Positions 9,674 to 20,555 of a stretch of DNA of 64,000 bases are shown in pieces. The notes beneath the pieces are model-generated. The model made no database searches, had not been told where the DNA came from, and saw only the letters and a list, made by a program, of their open reading frames with translations. Source of the stretch: an uncultured Nitrososphaeraceae archaeon (GTDB lineage Archaea; Thermoproteota; Nitrososphaeria; Nitrososphaerales; Nitrososphaeraceae); contig CAVXZB010000019.1 of the NCBI GenBank assembly GCA_963765895.1, forward strand, positions 224,001 through 288,000, written 5' to 3'. Made by a program: the position numbers and the translations under genes. Position 1 is the first letter of the stretch, and each line of letters begins with the position of its first letter.

Positions 9674-10702
9674 CTAATTTGTGATTATTATTTTCATTGT
9701 ATCCGTTGCTTTATGTGCTTCTCTAACGGCTTCAGCAGTACGCTCGATTGCGTATCGATGAGTTATCAAGCTTCCAATATTTAATCGACCGTTTGCTATA
9801 ATCTTTAGCGATAAGTTAGTCTCTATCTCAGACGCCGCATAACTGGGCACAATATAGTGTTCATTAGCGTAGATGCTTGACAAGTCTAGAGGAATTTCCT
9901 CATCCTTTGACGGAACTCCGAATAGAACAACTATCCCACCTCTTCGAGTGACTTGTAATCCATTTCGGATAGCTGCTGAATTGCCGGTTGCTACAATGGA
10001 TACATCCGCACCTCTCTTTTCTGTTAAATCATTAATTGAATCCTTTAATGACCCATCTTCTGTATTCAGAGCCTCGAAATCACCAAATTTCTTTGCAAAA
10101 TCTAGTCGAAATTGATTGTAATCAATAAGTACTACACTATTAGCCCCAGAAGACCGAGCCAAGGCAGCAAGCATCACTCCTGTTGGTCCTGCCCCGAATA
10201 TGGCAACATTATCGCCATACTGAAATCTGCTCTTCCTGATAGCTCTAAGACAGCACGCTAGGGGTTCAATCAAAGAAGCAGCCTCGAAGGTAACATTATT
10301 TGGCAGCTTTAAAATACCTCCACGTTCGATATTCTCCTGCGGCACTAGGAATTGTTCAGAAAGGCCACAAGGGTCAATGTTACTTTGTTGGTACATGGAA
10401 CACATCGTAGAATCTCCGTGTAGACAGAAATAGCATGAAGAACAGCTGACATGGTGGTGCACAAATACCCTGTCGCCCTCTCGAAAATCGTTGGTTTGTC
10501 TCGCCATGCTCACAATCTCTCCGGCGGGTTCATGTCCAAGCCTACCTGATCTCATTCCATACTTTCCATAAATTTTCTCAAGGTCAGAACCACATAGGCC
10601 GCATGCACGCATCTGTACAAGTATGGCTCCTGGCCTTAATGCAGGTACGGGTATATCTTTAAGCACAACACTAGATTGACTTCCTACAAATGCAGCTTTC
10701 AT
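9674..10702 (-). CDS. Zn-dependent alcohol/polyol dehydrogenase (MDR family)
   Basis: CGLCGSD, GHE, CxxCxxC...C structural Zn site, GAGPTG Rossmann motif. Confidence 0.92.
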   Translation of the reverse strand: MKAAFVGSQSSVVLKDIPVPALRPGAILVQMRACGLCGSDLEKIYGKYGMRSGRLGHEPAGEIVSMARQTNDFREGDRVFVHHHVSCSSCYFCLHGDSTMCSMYQQSNIDPCGLSEQFLVPQENIERGGILKLPNNVTFEAASLIEPLACCLRAIRKSRFQYGDNVAIFGAGPTGVMLAALARSSGANSVVLIDYNQFRLDFAKKFGDFEALNTEDGSLKDSINDLTEKRGADVSIVATGNSAAIRNGLQVTRRGGIVVLFGVPSKDEEIPLDLSSIYANEHYIVPSYAASEIETNLSLKIIANGRLNIGSLITHRYAIERTAEAVREAHKATDTMKIIITN

Positions 10703-10867
10703 ACTTTAATGCAGTTTTTTGGTATTATTAAGTTGTATCAACTCACGTCTAGTAATTCCATTTCGCCAATTATTGAAAGTCTTGATACTATATTCAGTTC
10801 TAACTTTACAAAATGTTATATCTTTACTTGAAGTTTTTACTTAAAGGCAGCTAAAATAGTCTGATAT

Positions 10868-11020
10868 TTACATAGGTCTTTTTTTTGCATATCTCTTGGG
10901 TTTTCTGATGAAGATTCCTTTACATCCTTCACAACAGAAGAAGTATGATTTACCGTTGTGAATCAAAGAAACTGCCATTTCCTCTTCTAATTCTATTCCA
11001 CAGACTGGGTCTACTGGCAT
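10868..11020 (-). CDS. YHS/TRASH-domain small metal-binding protein (50 aa)
   Basis: Not in the ORF track. MPVDPVCGIELEEEMAVSLIHNGKSYFFCCEGCKGIFIRKPKRYAKKRPM*; DPVCG...YFFCC..C signature. Confidence 0.88.
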   Translation of the reverse strand: MPVDPVCGIELEEEMAVSLIHNGKSYFFCCEGCKGIFIRKPKRYAKKRPM

Positions 11021-11212
11021 CAGCAAGATCATTCTAAAAGTACTATATGTATTTCTAACTAATTCTGATAAAGTATTATCATCGGGTTACATTAAAACTT
11101 AATTCATACACCTAGAATTATAAATAGTCTAATTACGACTCAGAATTGTGCCCGTAGGTAATGACTAATAAAACACGTATTGGTCAAGTTATTCTGATGG
11201 AATAACTCAAAT

Positions 11213-11407
11213 GTGATGTTTATGCAGATTTCCATGATGTCCTATCCTTGCATTGAAGTGACCTGCGGGAAATGCGGTAGTTTAATAAGCAGGATTATAC
11301 AGTTGAAGGCCATAAGAGATCTTCTTCGTCCACACAATGGAAGATGCAAATTCTGTGGAAACTCCCTGAGCTCGACCGATTTTATTATAAATATGAATGA
11401 ACAGTAA
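11213..11407 (+). CDS. Small zinc-ribbon protein
   Basis: Two CxxC pairs (CGKCG, CKFCG); true start probably 11234 or 11237. Confidence 0.7.
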   Translation: MMFMQISMMSYPCIEVTCGKCGSLISRIIQLKAIRDLLRPHNGRCKFCGNSLSSTDFIINMNEQ

Positions 11408-11575
11408 TCTATCCAGAGGCTTGCTGACGAAATACCTAGCCTTATACCCAGGAATTAAACATGGGGCAATGATTTAAGATTGTATAAAAAATACATTGTA
11501 ATTTCAAAACCATGACGATCCAATTCTTAGTTATCGGCATTGCTCCAGTGGTACATGAGATCATATCCAATCTTC

Positions 11576-12955
11576 TCATTTTCTAGATCTTTTCATGGCA
11601 AGCAACAGGGCTTGCAATTTATGCTGGGTTTCATTCCATTCATTTTTAGCAACGGAGTCGAAAACAATTCCGGCACCAGCCTGAAGATATGCTCCTTTGG
11701 AGTCTAGGAATAATGATCTGATAGTGATTGAAAAATCGCACGATCCATTACACGAAAAATAACCTACGGCACCAGCATACGGCCCACGTCGTCCAGGTTC
11801 AAGTTCATTTATTATCTGCATTGCCCTAACTTTTGGAGCGCCAGACACAGTTCCAGCTGGAAAAATTGCCTTGAATGCATCAAAGGCATCGAGGTTTTCA
11901 TCTAAATCACCACAAACGTGTGAAACGATGTGTTGAACATGACTAAATCTTTTTACGGACATTAAATCTAGGACCTTCACGGAACCAAATTTTGACACCT
12001 TTCCGATATCGTTCCTAGCCAAGTCAACAAGCATTGTGTGTTCGGATATCTCCTTCTTATCTTTCAGAAGTTCTTGGCGTAGTCGCCTATTTTCATCGCT
12101 ATTTTTGGCTGCTGCTCTAGTTCCGGCAATAGGGAACGTTTCCAGACGATCATTGGTAATCCTTAAGAGCATTTCTGGACTTGAACCAACGATAAAACGC
12201 TTGCCCATTTTTAAAAAATACATATAGGGAGAAGGATTTATCTTTCTCAAATTTTGATAAAACGCTAATGGATCCCCTTTTAGATTAAACCTTAATTTTC
12301 GAGATAAAACAACTTGAAAAACGTCACCCTTATATACATATCTTTTGGCTTCGTTTACCATTTTTATAAACTCATTCCGAGTCAGGTTTGATCTAGGTCT
12401 AGAGTAGGAGAATTTTTTTTCACTGTCTGGAAGCCTTTGGTCCTCGACTACTCTTTTAACTAGATCTTGCCTGCCTTTGTCTCCAACGTAAAAGTAGTAA
12501 ACACTGTTGTCACTGTGATTGAAAATTATCCCGTCCATGTACATTCCAAAATCAAGGATAGGGAATTCAGAATCCATTTGACCAGAATCGGAAGTGACAT
12601 TTTCCCATAACTCGATTGCCTCGTAGCTGACATAACCGACAGCACCGCCACAATATCTAAATTTCTTATTAGTTACATGAGGCAAAAGCAATCGCAACTT
12701 GGAAAATGGCTCGGCGATATCGCTTTCATAAACTTTCTTTTTATTACGATTTGTTACGGTGAGTTTTTTGCCACTCATGTTAATAACGTATATTGGATCG
12801 AAACCAATGATGGATGACTCGGAGAGCTCTTTAGGTCCAACTAACGATTCGAAAATAAACGCCCTTTCATAATGATGGTATAATTTCTTGAATAGATCGA
12901 ATTGATCGCAATCACAGTTTAATTTTATTATATTAAATTTACTTTTCCTAGTCAA
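11576..12955 (-). CDS. trpE: Anthranilate synthase component I family protein
   Basis: FESLVG, GGAVGYVSY, NPSPYMY, SSPE, PIAGT, EHTMLVDLARND, GAPKVRAM, AGAGIV. Confidence 0.9.
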   Translation of the reverse strand: MTRKSKFNIIKLNCDCDQFDLFKKLYHHYERAFIFESLVGPKELSESSIIGFDPIYVINMSGKKLTVTNRNKKKVYESDIAEPFSKLRLLLPHVTNKKFRYCGGAVGYVSYEAIELWENVTSDSGQMDSEFPILDFGMYMDGIIFNHSDNSVYYFYVGDKGRQDLVKRVVEDQRLPDSEKKFSYSRPRSNLTRNEFIKMVNEAKRYVYKGDVFQVVLSRKLRFNLKGDPLAFYQNLRKINPSPYMYFLKMGKRFIVGSSPEMLLRITNDRLETFPIAGTRAAAKNSDENRRLRQELLKDKKEISEHTMLVDLARNDIGKVSKFGSVKVLDLMSVKRFSHVQHIVSHVCGDLDENLDAFDAFKAIFPAGTVSGAPKVRAMQIINELEPGRRGPYAGAVGYFSCNGSCDFSITIRSLFLDSKGAYLQAGAGIVFDSVAKNEWNETQHKLQALLLAMKRSRK

Positions 12956-13927
12956 TCCCTCTTATCAGTAAATTGGGGATGCAATAAATATTATTACTTA
13001 GCCGGTTAAGTAATTTGGATCATGACAACCATTAGGAAAGAATAATATCTTTTTAGCTAAATTAAGTTTAATGGTCACAACTGAATGGAACTTAATATAT
13101 TAGTAGTGTTATCATGGTATCTGACTTGGGTCATGATTTGTGTATTTAAGAAAGAAAAAAGTAAAATTTACTCTTCATATTTGTACGATAAGGGGCTCAG
13201 ATGACGATTTTTGCCTTAAATAAGATTTCTAAACTTGTTTTATGACAATAACTGCTATATTACACACAGTAACTGAAGGTTATTCTATAGCGAAGCGCTC
13301 TTTATTCCACTGATGAATGTGTACATGATAGGGTTAAGTACGGACACATCCTGACCTAGCTTATCGGTTACTATTTGTTAGAATAGTTTATTTCATTCGA
13401 TGTTTGTACTTATCGCATATTCTCGGCAAGAAATGACTGAACGTCTAACTCCGTATTCCATTACAATTGACATTCTCCAAAAATTGATGTGTAAGAAATT
13501 TTCTAGTATTGTAGATGTTGACGCTAGGAGGCATTTAAACTTAGAAGCATATCATGTGCAGACAATGGACACAATTTTTCTCTTTGTGTTTCTACGTCTT
13601 ATAGCATATCGCGGGTAATTGTTAATTGAATTCGTAGGGGCTTAAGTTTCATGAAGCACGCATTATAGCGTGTTTGCCAATCGAGAAGATCAGGATATGA
13701 TGGATTGCCAATTCATCTTGATGGCCCTGATCTAAAATGGTATACAAGTTTCTCAAACATAGTTTACTTATAAAGAACAGCTTATTGATAATGCGTAGGC
13801 TTAATGTATTACTCGATAACATTATTAGCTCACAGAAAGTATTATTCGATTATCTAGAGATTCTAAGAACCAATTATTAGATATGTATTTACGGGTAGTT
13901 AAGTTTATAATAATTCAGTAACTAGTT

Positions 13928-15322
13928 TTGCCAGCAATTTTGAATCGAGGCGATCTCGAAATTACAAACAAAAATTTAGAATCCTTTCATTTTGCACTCG
14001 CTGCTGTAGAAGCTGCAATAAAATCGGTTGATCCTTATCGTCTAATCAAAAAGCATATGAAAGTAAAAGGACACAATCTACTAATTACAGATATCTTTGG
14101 TAATGCTACTAAAATCAATTTATCTAGAATTCAGCAAACTTACATTGTTGGTGCTGGTAAAGCATCAGGGAAGATGGCTCTAGCAGTTCACAGTGTTCTA
14201 GGTCATAGGAAGATCAAGGGAGCTGTAAATATACCGTACGATTCTGGTCTAACATCTGACCTGATATCACTAAACGAAGCTGGGCATCCAATACCAGACG
14301 AAAATGGTATAGCTGGAGTAAAAAAAATACTTGACCTCTTGAAACAGGCGGGTAGGTCAGATCTTGTCATTGTTCTAATCTCTGGTGGTGGATCCGCGCT
14401 GTTACCTATGCCAATAAGGGGTATTTCCTTGCCTATCAAAAAATTAGTTACTCGCTCTTTATTGCTTTCTGGAGCTTCGATAGATGAAGTTAATGCTGTA
14501 AGAAAGCATTTATCGAAAGTCAAGGGTGGTAAGCTTCTTAACTATGTTAATACAGGATCCAGAGTTGTATCCCTAATTATCTCCGATGTTATCGGCGATG
14601 ATCTGAGTATAATTGCCTCTGGTCCGACTTACTATGATATCTCCACGTTTCTGCAGGCTAAAGAAATTCTCAAGAAATATATTCTCTGGGAAAGCAAAGA
14701 CTTCGTTCTCGTTAGGAGGATCATAGAAAATGGTATTAATGGAAAAATTCAAGAGACCATTAAGCCTGGTGATCAGCTATTGACCAATGTCAGTAATATC
14801 CTAATTGGAAATAACGAAATGGCGTGCAAAGCAGCTCATGAGACGCTGAAAAAAATGAGAGTGAATACGTTGTATCTGGGTTCGGCGTTCGGAGGCTTAG
14901 CCATCGATCATGGAAAGTACATTGCCACTCTGGCAAACCAACTATCATCTTATTGTCTCCCGTCAGCATTAGTTTTGGGAGGTGAAACAGTCGTAAAAGT
15001 TAGTGAGTGTCACCAAAATGGCATAGGAGGAAGAAATCAAGAGGCGGCATTGAGTTCAGCAATGAGTTTAGGATATAAGAAAAATATGGATCTTTCAATT
15101 TGCTGTATAGGAACAGATGGAATCGATGGCAACTCTACTTGCGCTGGAGCGTTTGTGACGTCGAGGATTTTACCATTAATTTTGACCAATAGAATAAAAT
15201 ATAAAGCATATTTATCTAAACATGATAGCAGCAGGGCATTTAAAGAACTTGAATCTGTGGTCATCACAGGGAGGACTGGTACAAACGTTAATGATATTTC
15301 TATAATTGTTAGGTTTCGGTAG
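13928..15322 (+). CDS. Glycerate 2-kinase (MOFRL family)
   Basis: GAGKAS, EAGHPIPD, ISGGGSAL, ISDVIGD, GGRNQE, TDGIDGNS, TGTNVND. Confidence 0.93.
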   Translation: MPAILNRGDLEITNKNLESFHFALAAVEAAIKSVDPYRLIKKHMKVKGHNLLITDIFGNATKINLSRIQQTYIVGAGKASGKMALAVHSVLGHRKIKGAVNIPYDSGLTSDLISLNEAGHPIPDENGIAGVKKILDLLKQAGRSDLVIVLISGGGSALLPMPIRGISLPIKKLVTRSLLLSGASIDEVNAVRKHLSKVKGGKLLNYVNTGSRVVSLIISDVIGDDLSIIASGPTYYDISTFLQAKEILKKYILWESKDFVLVRRIIENGINGKIQETIKPGDQLLTNVSNILIGNNEMACKAAHETLKKMRVNTLYLGSAFGGLAIDHGKYIATLANQLSSYCLPSALVLGGETVVKVSECHQNGIGGRNQEAALSSAMSLGYKKNMDLSICCIGTDGIDGNSTCAGAFVTSRILPLILTNRIKYKAYLSKHDSSRAFKELESVVITGRTGTNVNDISIIVRFR

Positions 15323-15383
15323 CGGGTATCATCCATGTGTTCTCCGATGTGATATACATTGCTCTTCTTAAGATTGGCCGTAT

Positions 15384-16209
15384 TTAGATGGCTGTTGTGC
15401 ATATTGTCGCCTGACTATCTGCTACTCGGATGGAAGTCCCATTTGTGGCTCTTACTATCAATGTACCGTCAAGATCAATATCCAGTACACGACCTTCAAA
15501 GCACGTATGATCCTTGTTCACAACGCGGACATATTTATTAAATGTCTCACATCTAACTTTCCAATCATTTAGAACCGATAGTTCATCGGTACTGAAGTTG
15601 TTCAAGGTAATAATCTAATTTTTGTAAGGTTTGCACTATAAGGCCTCCGCAATCTATATCTCTCCCAGAAAGTTCTTGCCTCAAAGACGTAATCTCGTAG
15701 GCAGCCCCTATAGTTTTATTGATCAAGTGTAACGATGTGTTGTCAAGGTCTGAGTTTATTCCGATTCCAAATACTAGATACTTTAATACCTCTTTTTCAG
15801 CTCCGATCGAGATCAAGATACCAGAAACCTTCTTTGAATTTATGACTATGTCATTTGGCCATTTTATCTTTGATTCCAATCCAGTTTCGACTCGGATAGC
15901 CTCGCATACCGATAGTGATGCAACAGAAGATAGAAACGATGCCTTGTTCACTGAGATGCGCGGTCGAAGTATTAATGAAAGCCAGATTCCGCCTTTGGGA
16001 GATATCCATCTTTTACCGTCTCTCCCCTTCCCTTCGCTCTGTTCATTTGCAATGATTAATGTTCTCTCCAGTTTCGAATTTGTTTCTGCGAGAGATATTG
16101 CTATGTCTTGTGTCGATTCGGCTTTGTCATAAAAAAATATATTTTTGCATATAAAGTTCTGATCTGTCGTTGAGAGGAACCTCAAAATGTTACAATATTT
16201 ACTATTCAT
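15384..16209 (-). CDS. birA: Biotin--protein ligase, no N-terminal HTH (apparent frameshift near 15605)
   Basis: STQ, GKGRDGKRWISP, KWPND, KVSGIL, GIGIN; C-terminal SH3-like GRVLDIDLDGTLIV in the next frame. Confidence 0.88.
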
Positions 16210-17003
16210 AATTTTGAATCGGTAGGTGTTAGTCTTCTGTCAAGGATATAATAACGATTAATTACTGAGGTATAAACGAGAAGAGTTCAAAGTCAGGAAC
16301 CAAAATGAGCGCTGCTCAAAACGTCGAAAAGTTGAGCGTTGAATTAACTCCCAGTCCAAGCCTATTTTCTAAAATCATGGATGATACCTAATCGACCGAG
16401 TCCGTACAGTTTAAAGCGAAAATTTATGTTTCTATGGCGTGCGACTAAATCGTTTGATTAGCTCCATTGAAAACTATCTGGAGATTCTAATTATGCCTCC
16501 GTGTTTGTTAAATGGGCATGTACTTACGTCACCGTCTTATACTTAGGAGGCCAAAAATACCGAGTCGCATGAGCAGATATTGGACCTGGCAAAATATCGT
16601 ACTAGATTAGAAACGAATCATATGAATCAACTAAACTTCAGGAGTGCTTCGGTCAATTGATGGGCCAATTTGCGGCCCAATATCTTATCCAATCCGTTGG
16701 CAACGTGCAGGGCTATTATGCTTGATTTTGGGTTTTCGAAGAATAGGATGTCTGACGGGGTAAATGGTCCATTATTCAAGCATGGTATTAGATATTGTTT
16801 ATGTAATACTGGTACTGAACCCTGAACCCTAACTGTTAATCACCTTAGATTCAATGTGCCTGTATTTTAATCCAGTACCAAAAAAGCATAGGTGATGGAT
16901 AGATCAATGGATTGTGACCATATACTTTTGAATTGTAATTTGTCAAGTCTTCATTTCATTATGCGGTGTGAATCAGTAGGGTCAAATATGGTAATTAGAT
17001 TGT

Positions 17004-17900
17004 TTGACTAGAGATCAGAATATGATAACAGATTGGCTTCGCGCCATAAGAGTCAAGTTTATTCTTGCCTCGATAATAGCTGTATTAGTTGGTTTGTCCG
17101 TAGCCTATTGGAAAACGGGCCATATTAATTATATTTATTCAATTCTTACTGTCCTCGGCGTCGTATCTTTACATGCGAGCATAGATCTGCTAAATGATTA
17201 TTGGGATTACGTTCGAGGGATCGATAAGCACACAAAGAGAACCAGGTTTAGCGGGGGCACTGGAGTACTTCCAGAGAATATATTGAGTCCAAGGAGCGTT
17301 TACATCGCGGGTATAGTATTCTTATGTGTGGGGGCTATTATTGGGATTTATTTTGTAACAATCAGAGGCGTAGTAATAGCACTCATACTTGTTTTCGCAA
17401 TTATTTCTATTTATTTCTATTCAACTAAGATCGTGAACATGGGACTCGGTGAGGTGCTGATTGTCCTCAAAGGCATGCTAATCGTCCAAGGGGCATACTA
17501 CGTACAGACCCCAGAACTGAGTACTGGAGCAGTCTACAATGGATTAATAGTTGGTATACTTTCGGCTACAGTTCTTTTCGCAAACTCATTTCCAGATTTT
17601 GAAGCAGATAAACGTCATGGCAGACATACGCTTGTTATATTACTTGGAAGAAAATACGGCGCGAAATTTTTCACTATATTTATTTTGGTCCCATATGCCC
17701 TGATTGTTGTTGGAACGTTTGATGGTTATACTAAAGTTTATACTCTAGTTTGTCTAACGACTTTACCTTTAGCCATTAGAGCGATTGTACTTCTAAACAA
17801 AGATTTCATCGGGGAGACAAGCCTACTTATTGTCATGTCAAACACAATCTGGTGTTCTCGTCTCACAGGTAGTCTACTTGCTATAAGTCTCATCATGTGA
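17004..17900 (+). CDS. menA: UbiA-family prenyltransferase, MenA-like (1,4-dihydroxy-2-naphthoate polyprenyltransferase)
   Basis: WLRAIR, NDYWDYVRGID, NSFPDFEADKRHGRHTL; multiple TM segments. Confidence 0.82.
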   Translation: MTRDQNMITDWLRAIRVKFILASIIAVLVGLSVAYWKTGHINYIYSILTVLGVVSLHASIDLLNDYWDYVRGIDKHTKRTRFSGGTGVLPENILSPRSVYIAGIVFLCVGAIIGIYFVTIRGVVIALILVFAIISIYFYSTKIVNMGLGEVLIVLKGMLIVQGAYYVQTPELSTGAVYNGLIVGILSATVLFANSFPDFEADKRHGRHTLVILLGRKYGAKFFTIFILVPYALIVVGTFDGYTKVYTLVCLTTLPLAIRAIVLLNKDFIGETSLLIVMSNTIWCSRLTGSLLAISLIM

Positions 17901-17982
17901 GAGAATGTAAATAGAATAGTATTCCTGCTAGCCCTTACTAAATGGTGGCGTAGGGGCAAATATTTAGGCCAAAATAAGGATT

Positions 17983-19321
17983 TTATGCCCTGCAAGGGGG
18001 ATTGGCGAACCTATTGTTCGAATTTAGATGGTAATCCACAATGAGCTGCGGGTCCTTCTGTCTCCCTGTAAGAATCCCTACTACAACATCATCTTTTTTT
18101 ATCACTTCTTTTTGTCTAAGCTTTTTAACTGCCGCAGGTACTGCACCTGATGCCATTTCACAATCGAAGCCATTCAGACCTACAACCGACATACCGTCTG
18201 CCATCTCCTTATCATTTACTTGAACAACTAAGCCATTCGTAAAATCTAATGCTCGAAGTGCTTTTATAATATTGGCAGGCTTACCTATCTGAATTGCAGT
18301 GGCCTGAGTCTTTGGAACTTTCCCTTTCGCATCATTGAACTCATAGTATCGATTTATCATTGTCAAGTCCGGTCTTCCATTGTTCCAGGAAAGATTTTTC
18401 CCCTCGAAAACCCCATTTACTAATTCGTAAAAAGTATTAGCTCCTTGAGAATTGACAACCACTAATCGAGGGATTTTTTTTATCCAGCCCCATTCGTATA
18501 ACTCCATGAGACACTTACCACAGCTAGCAGTATTACCTAGAGCACCTCCAGGATAAAATATCCAGTCTGGAGGAGACCAGTCAAAACTTTCCAATGCTCT
18601 ATAAATCATAGTCTTTTGGCCCTCAATTCGAAATGGATTGACAGAATTTACTGTGTATCCATCCATTCTCTCGGGCTGCTTTCAGCGAGGTAGAGAGTGC
18701 GACATCAAAATTTCCATTAACTTCGATCACTTGAGCTCCAAACTGAAATGCCTGACCTAGCTTACCCGGTGCAACCTCTCCCTTCGGAATATATACACTA
18801 CATCCAATCCTCTCATTAGCGGCATACATCGCAGCGGATGCAGAGGTATTCCCAGTTGATGCGCAAATTAGGTTTTTAATCTTCAACATTTTGGCATGCG
18901 TGACCGCTGTAGACATCCCATTATCCTTGAATGATCCGCTCGGATTATACCCTTCCGGCTGCAATAAAAGAGAGTCTGCATTAATATTGGCATATTCAGC
19001 CACTTTGGTCATCCTATAGGGCTTAGAAAGCCGACCCTCTGATCCGTCAAGGGACACAAGATACGAAGCGCATTGTGCAAAGTCTTCACAATCTATGTTT
19101 ACAAAATTTATGAGATCTCGGAATCTCCACACTCCACTTTCGTTATAAATATTTCCTCCATGATCTCTCCTCTCATAAAATCTATCAATGAGTTCTCGCT
19201 TTGGTGGATTATGATATTGGACATCTAACAAATACCCACATGTACATAAATAATTACCAGTGGAGATATCAAATGTCAGTCCACAATCCGGATTAATGCA
19301 TTTTTTATTGGCTGTCTGCAT
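17983..19321 (-). CDS. thrC: Threonine synthase (apparent frameshift near 18667)
   Basis: N-terminal Zn ribbon, PLP motif NPSGSFKD, ASTGNTSAS, NSVNPFRIEGQKT, PGGALGN, ATAIQIG. Confidence 0.9.
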
Positions 19322-19524
19322 CTATTAGGATAGAGCCGATGTAATACTAGTCTATATTTATAGATAGGTCGTGGAATAGACGCTCAGGTAAGCTATTGCA
19401 ACAGCCCAGAAGCAAACTATGTTGAAAAATTCGAGAAATCAAAATAGTCTCATTGTTTCAAATATGGGGCCAAACCAAAATCCTTATCATATGTGTTCAA
19501 TAAATCATCTGGCCTCTGTTTATA

Positions 19525-19789
19525 TTACTTTGACCTTCTTTTTTCTGTTTTTTGGATAGGTTTATCAAGTATCTTCAAAACTTGCTGAATAACTCCATCC
19601 ATATCTTCCTCCTTGACATCTGGGAATACCGCATGATTAAGCAAATTGGTTACCGTTGTTGACGTTTCTGAACTCACCTCATCAAAGCTATCCATGTCGG
19701 TATATGTCTGCTGATAGAGTGTACGAAGACGAGGCAGCATACATCTGTGTTCGTTCGTTCACGGTTACTTTGTATGAACGTGAGTTCAC
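19525..19789 (-). CDS. Small hypothetical protein (apparent frameshift near 19733)
   Basis: GTG start at 19789 (MNSRSYKVTVNERTQMYA) joins RLRTLYQQTY...DKPIQKTEKRRSK* after removing one base; span is 264+1 nt. Confidence 0.65.
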
Positions 19790-20093
19790 CTTAATATTTT
19801 GCTCTATCATCCTTTTTATAACTTCGATTTTGTATATTAAATACTTGCCGAATTACCAGAACACCTATTTAAGGATATAAACCCTTTGATCATGAAAGTA
19901 TTTGCAATTAACTATATTTCTAACTCCGTCCTTGATTATGGCCATCGAGAATGAAGACATCGTTAAATATCATCCACTTTTTCTTATTATACTAATGTCA
20001 GGAATAATATTACACGTTGTCGTTCTATTTTGTCTAATGACCTTTTATGTATAGCCTGAAGACGTAGAGAAAGAGGGCGGTGCGATATATAGA

Positions 20094-20429
20094 TTGAAGA
20101 ATCGTTCAGATATAGAAGTTATGGCTTCAATTTTGCGGTCTGCTACAAAGAGCTGGGAATATAAAACTACAATAATGAATAATGCTGTAGTATCGCATTC
20201 TCAATTAATCAGATATCTAGCAATAGCCGTAGAAAAAGAGTTAATGGAATATTCAGAAACCACGGGCCTTTACAGGACAACTGCAGCAGGCGTAAAATAT
20301 TTGGCTAAATACGAACAGCTGCTAGTCTTATTACCTACGATACCTGAGCTTCCAGACTTGGATAACGTTCCGGACGCATCAAAACAGGATCATCTAAATG
20401 AACCCATAAAGGATCGTCTCCTATCCTGA
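20094..20429 (+). CDS. Winged-helix transcriptional regulator (archaeal HTH_45-like)
   Basis: RSDIEVMASIL...KTTIM...SHSQLIRYL...YRTTAAGVKYL pattern. Confidence 0.8.
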   Translation: MKNRSDIEVMASILRSATKSWEYKTTIMNNAVVSHSQLIRYLAIAVEKELMEYSETTGLYRTTAAGVKYLAKYEQLLVLLPTIPELPDLDNVPDASKQDHLNEPIKDRLLS

Positions 20430-20555
20430 TCACATATTCGACTTAGAGTAGATTAGTCAATTTTACACAAGTACTCGTCTCATATACTGTTGAATAGCTT
20501 TGGTAATAATTGAAGAGATCATTACGGTACATCAAACACTTAAATAATAAAGTAC

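Noticed and set aside
12956-13020. Trp-codon leader peptide upstream of trpE
   Set aside because: No TGG-containing uORF on the coding strand near the start.
13400-13618. 72-aa ORF in the trpE-glycerate kinase spacer
   Set aside because: No motif or compositional support; the short ORFs at 1295-1522 and 44802-44999 were rejected for the same reason.
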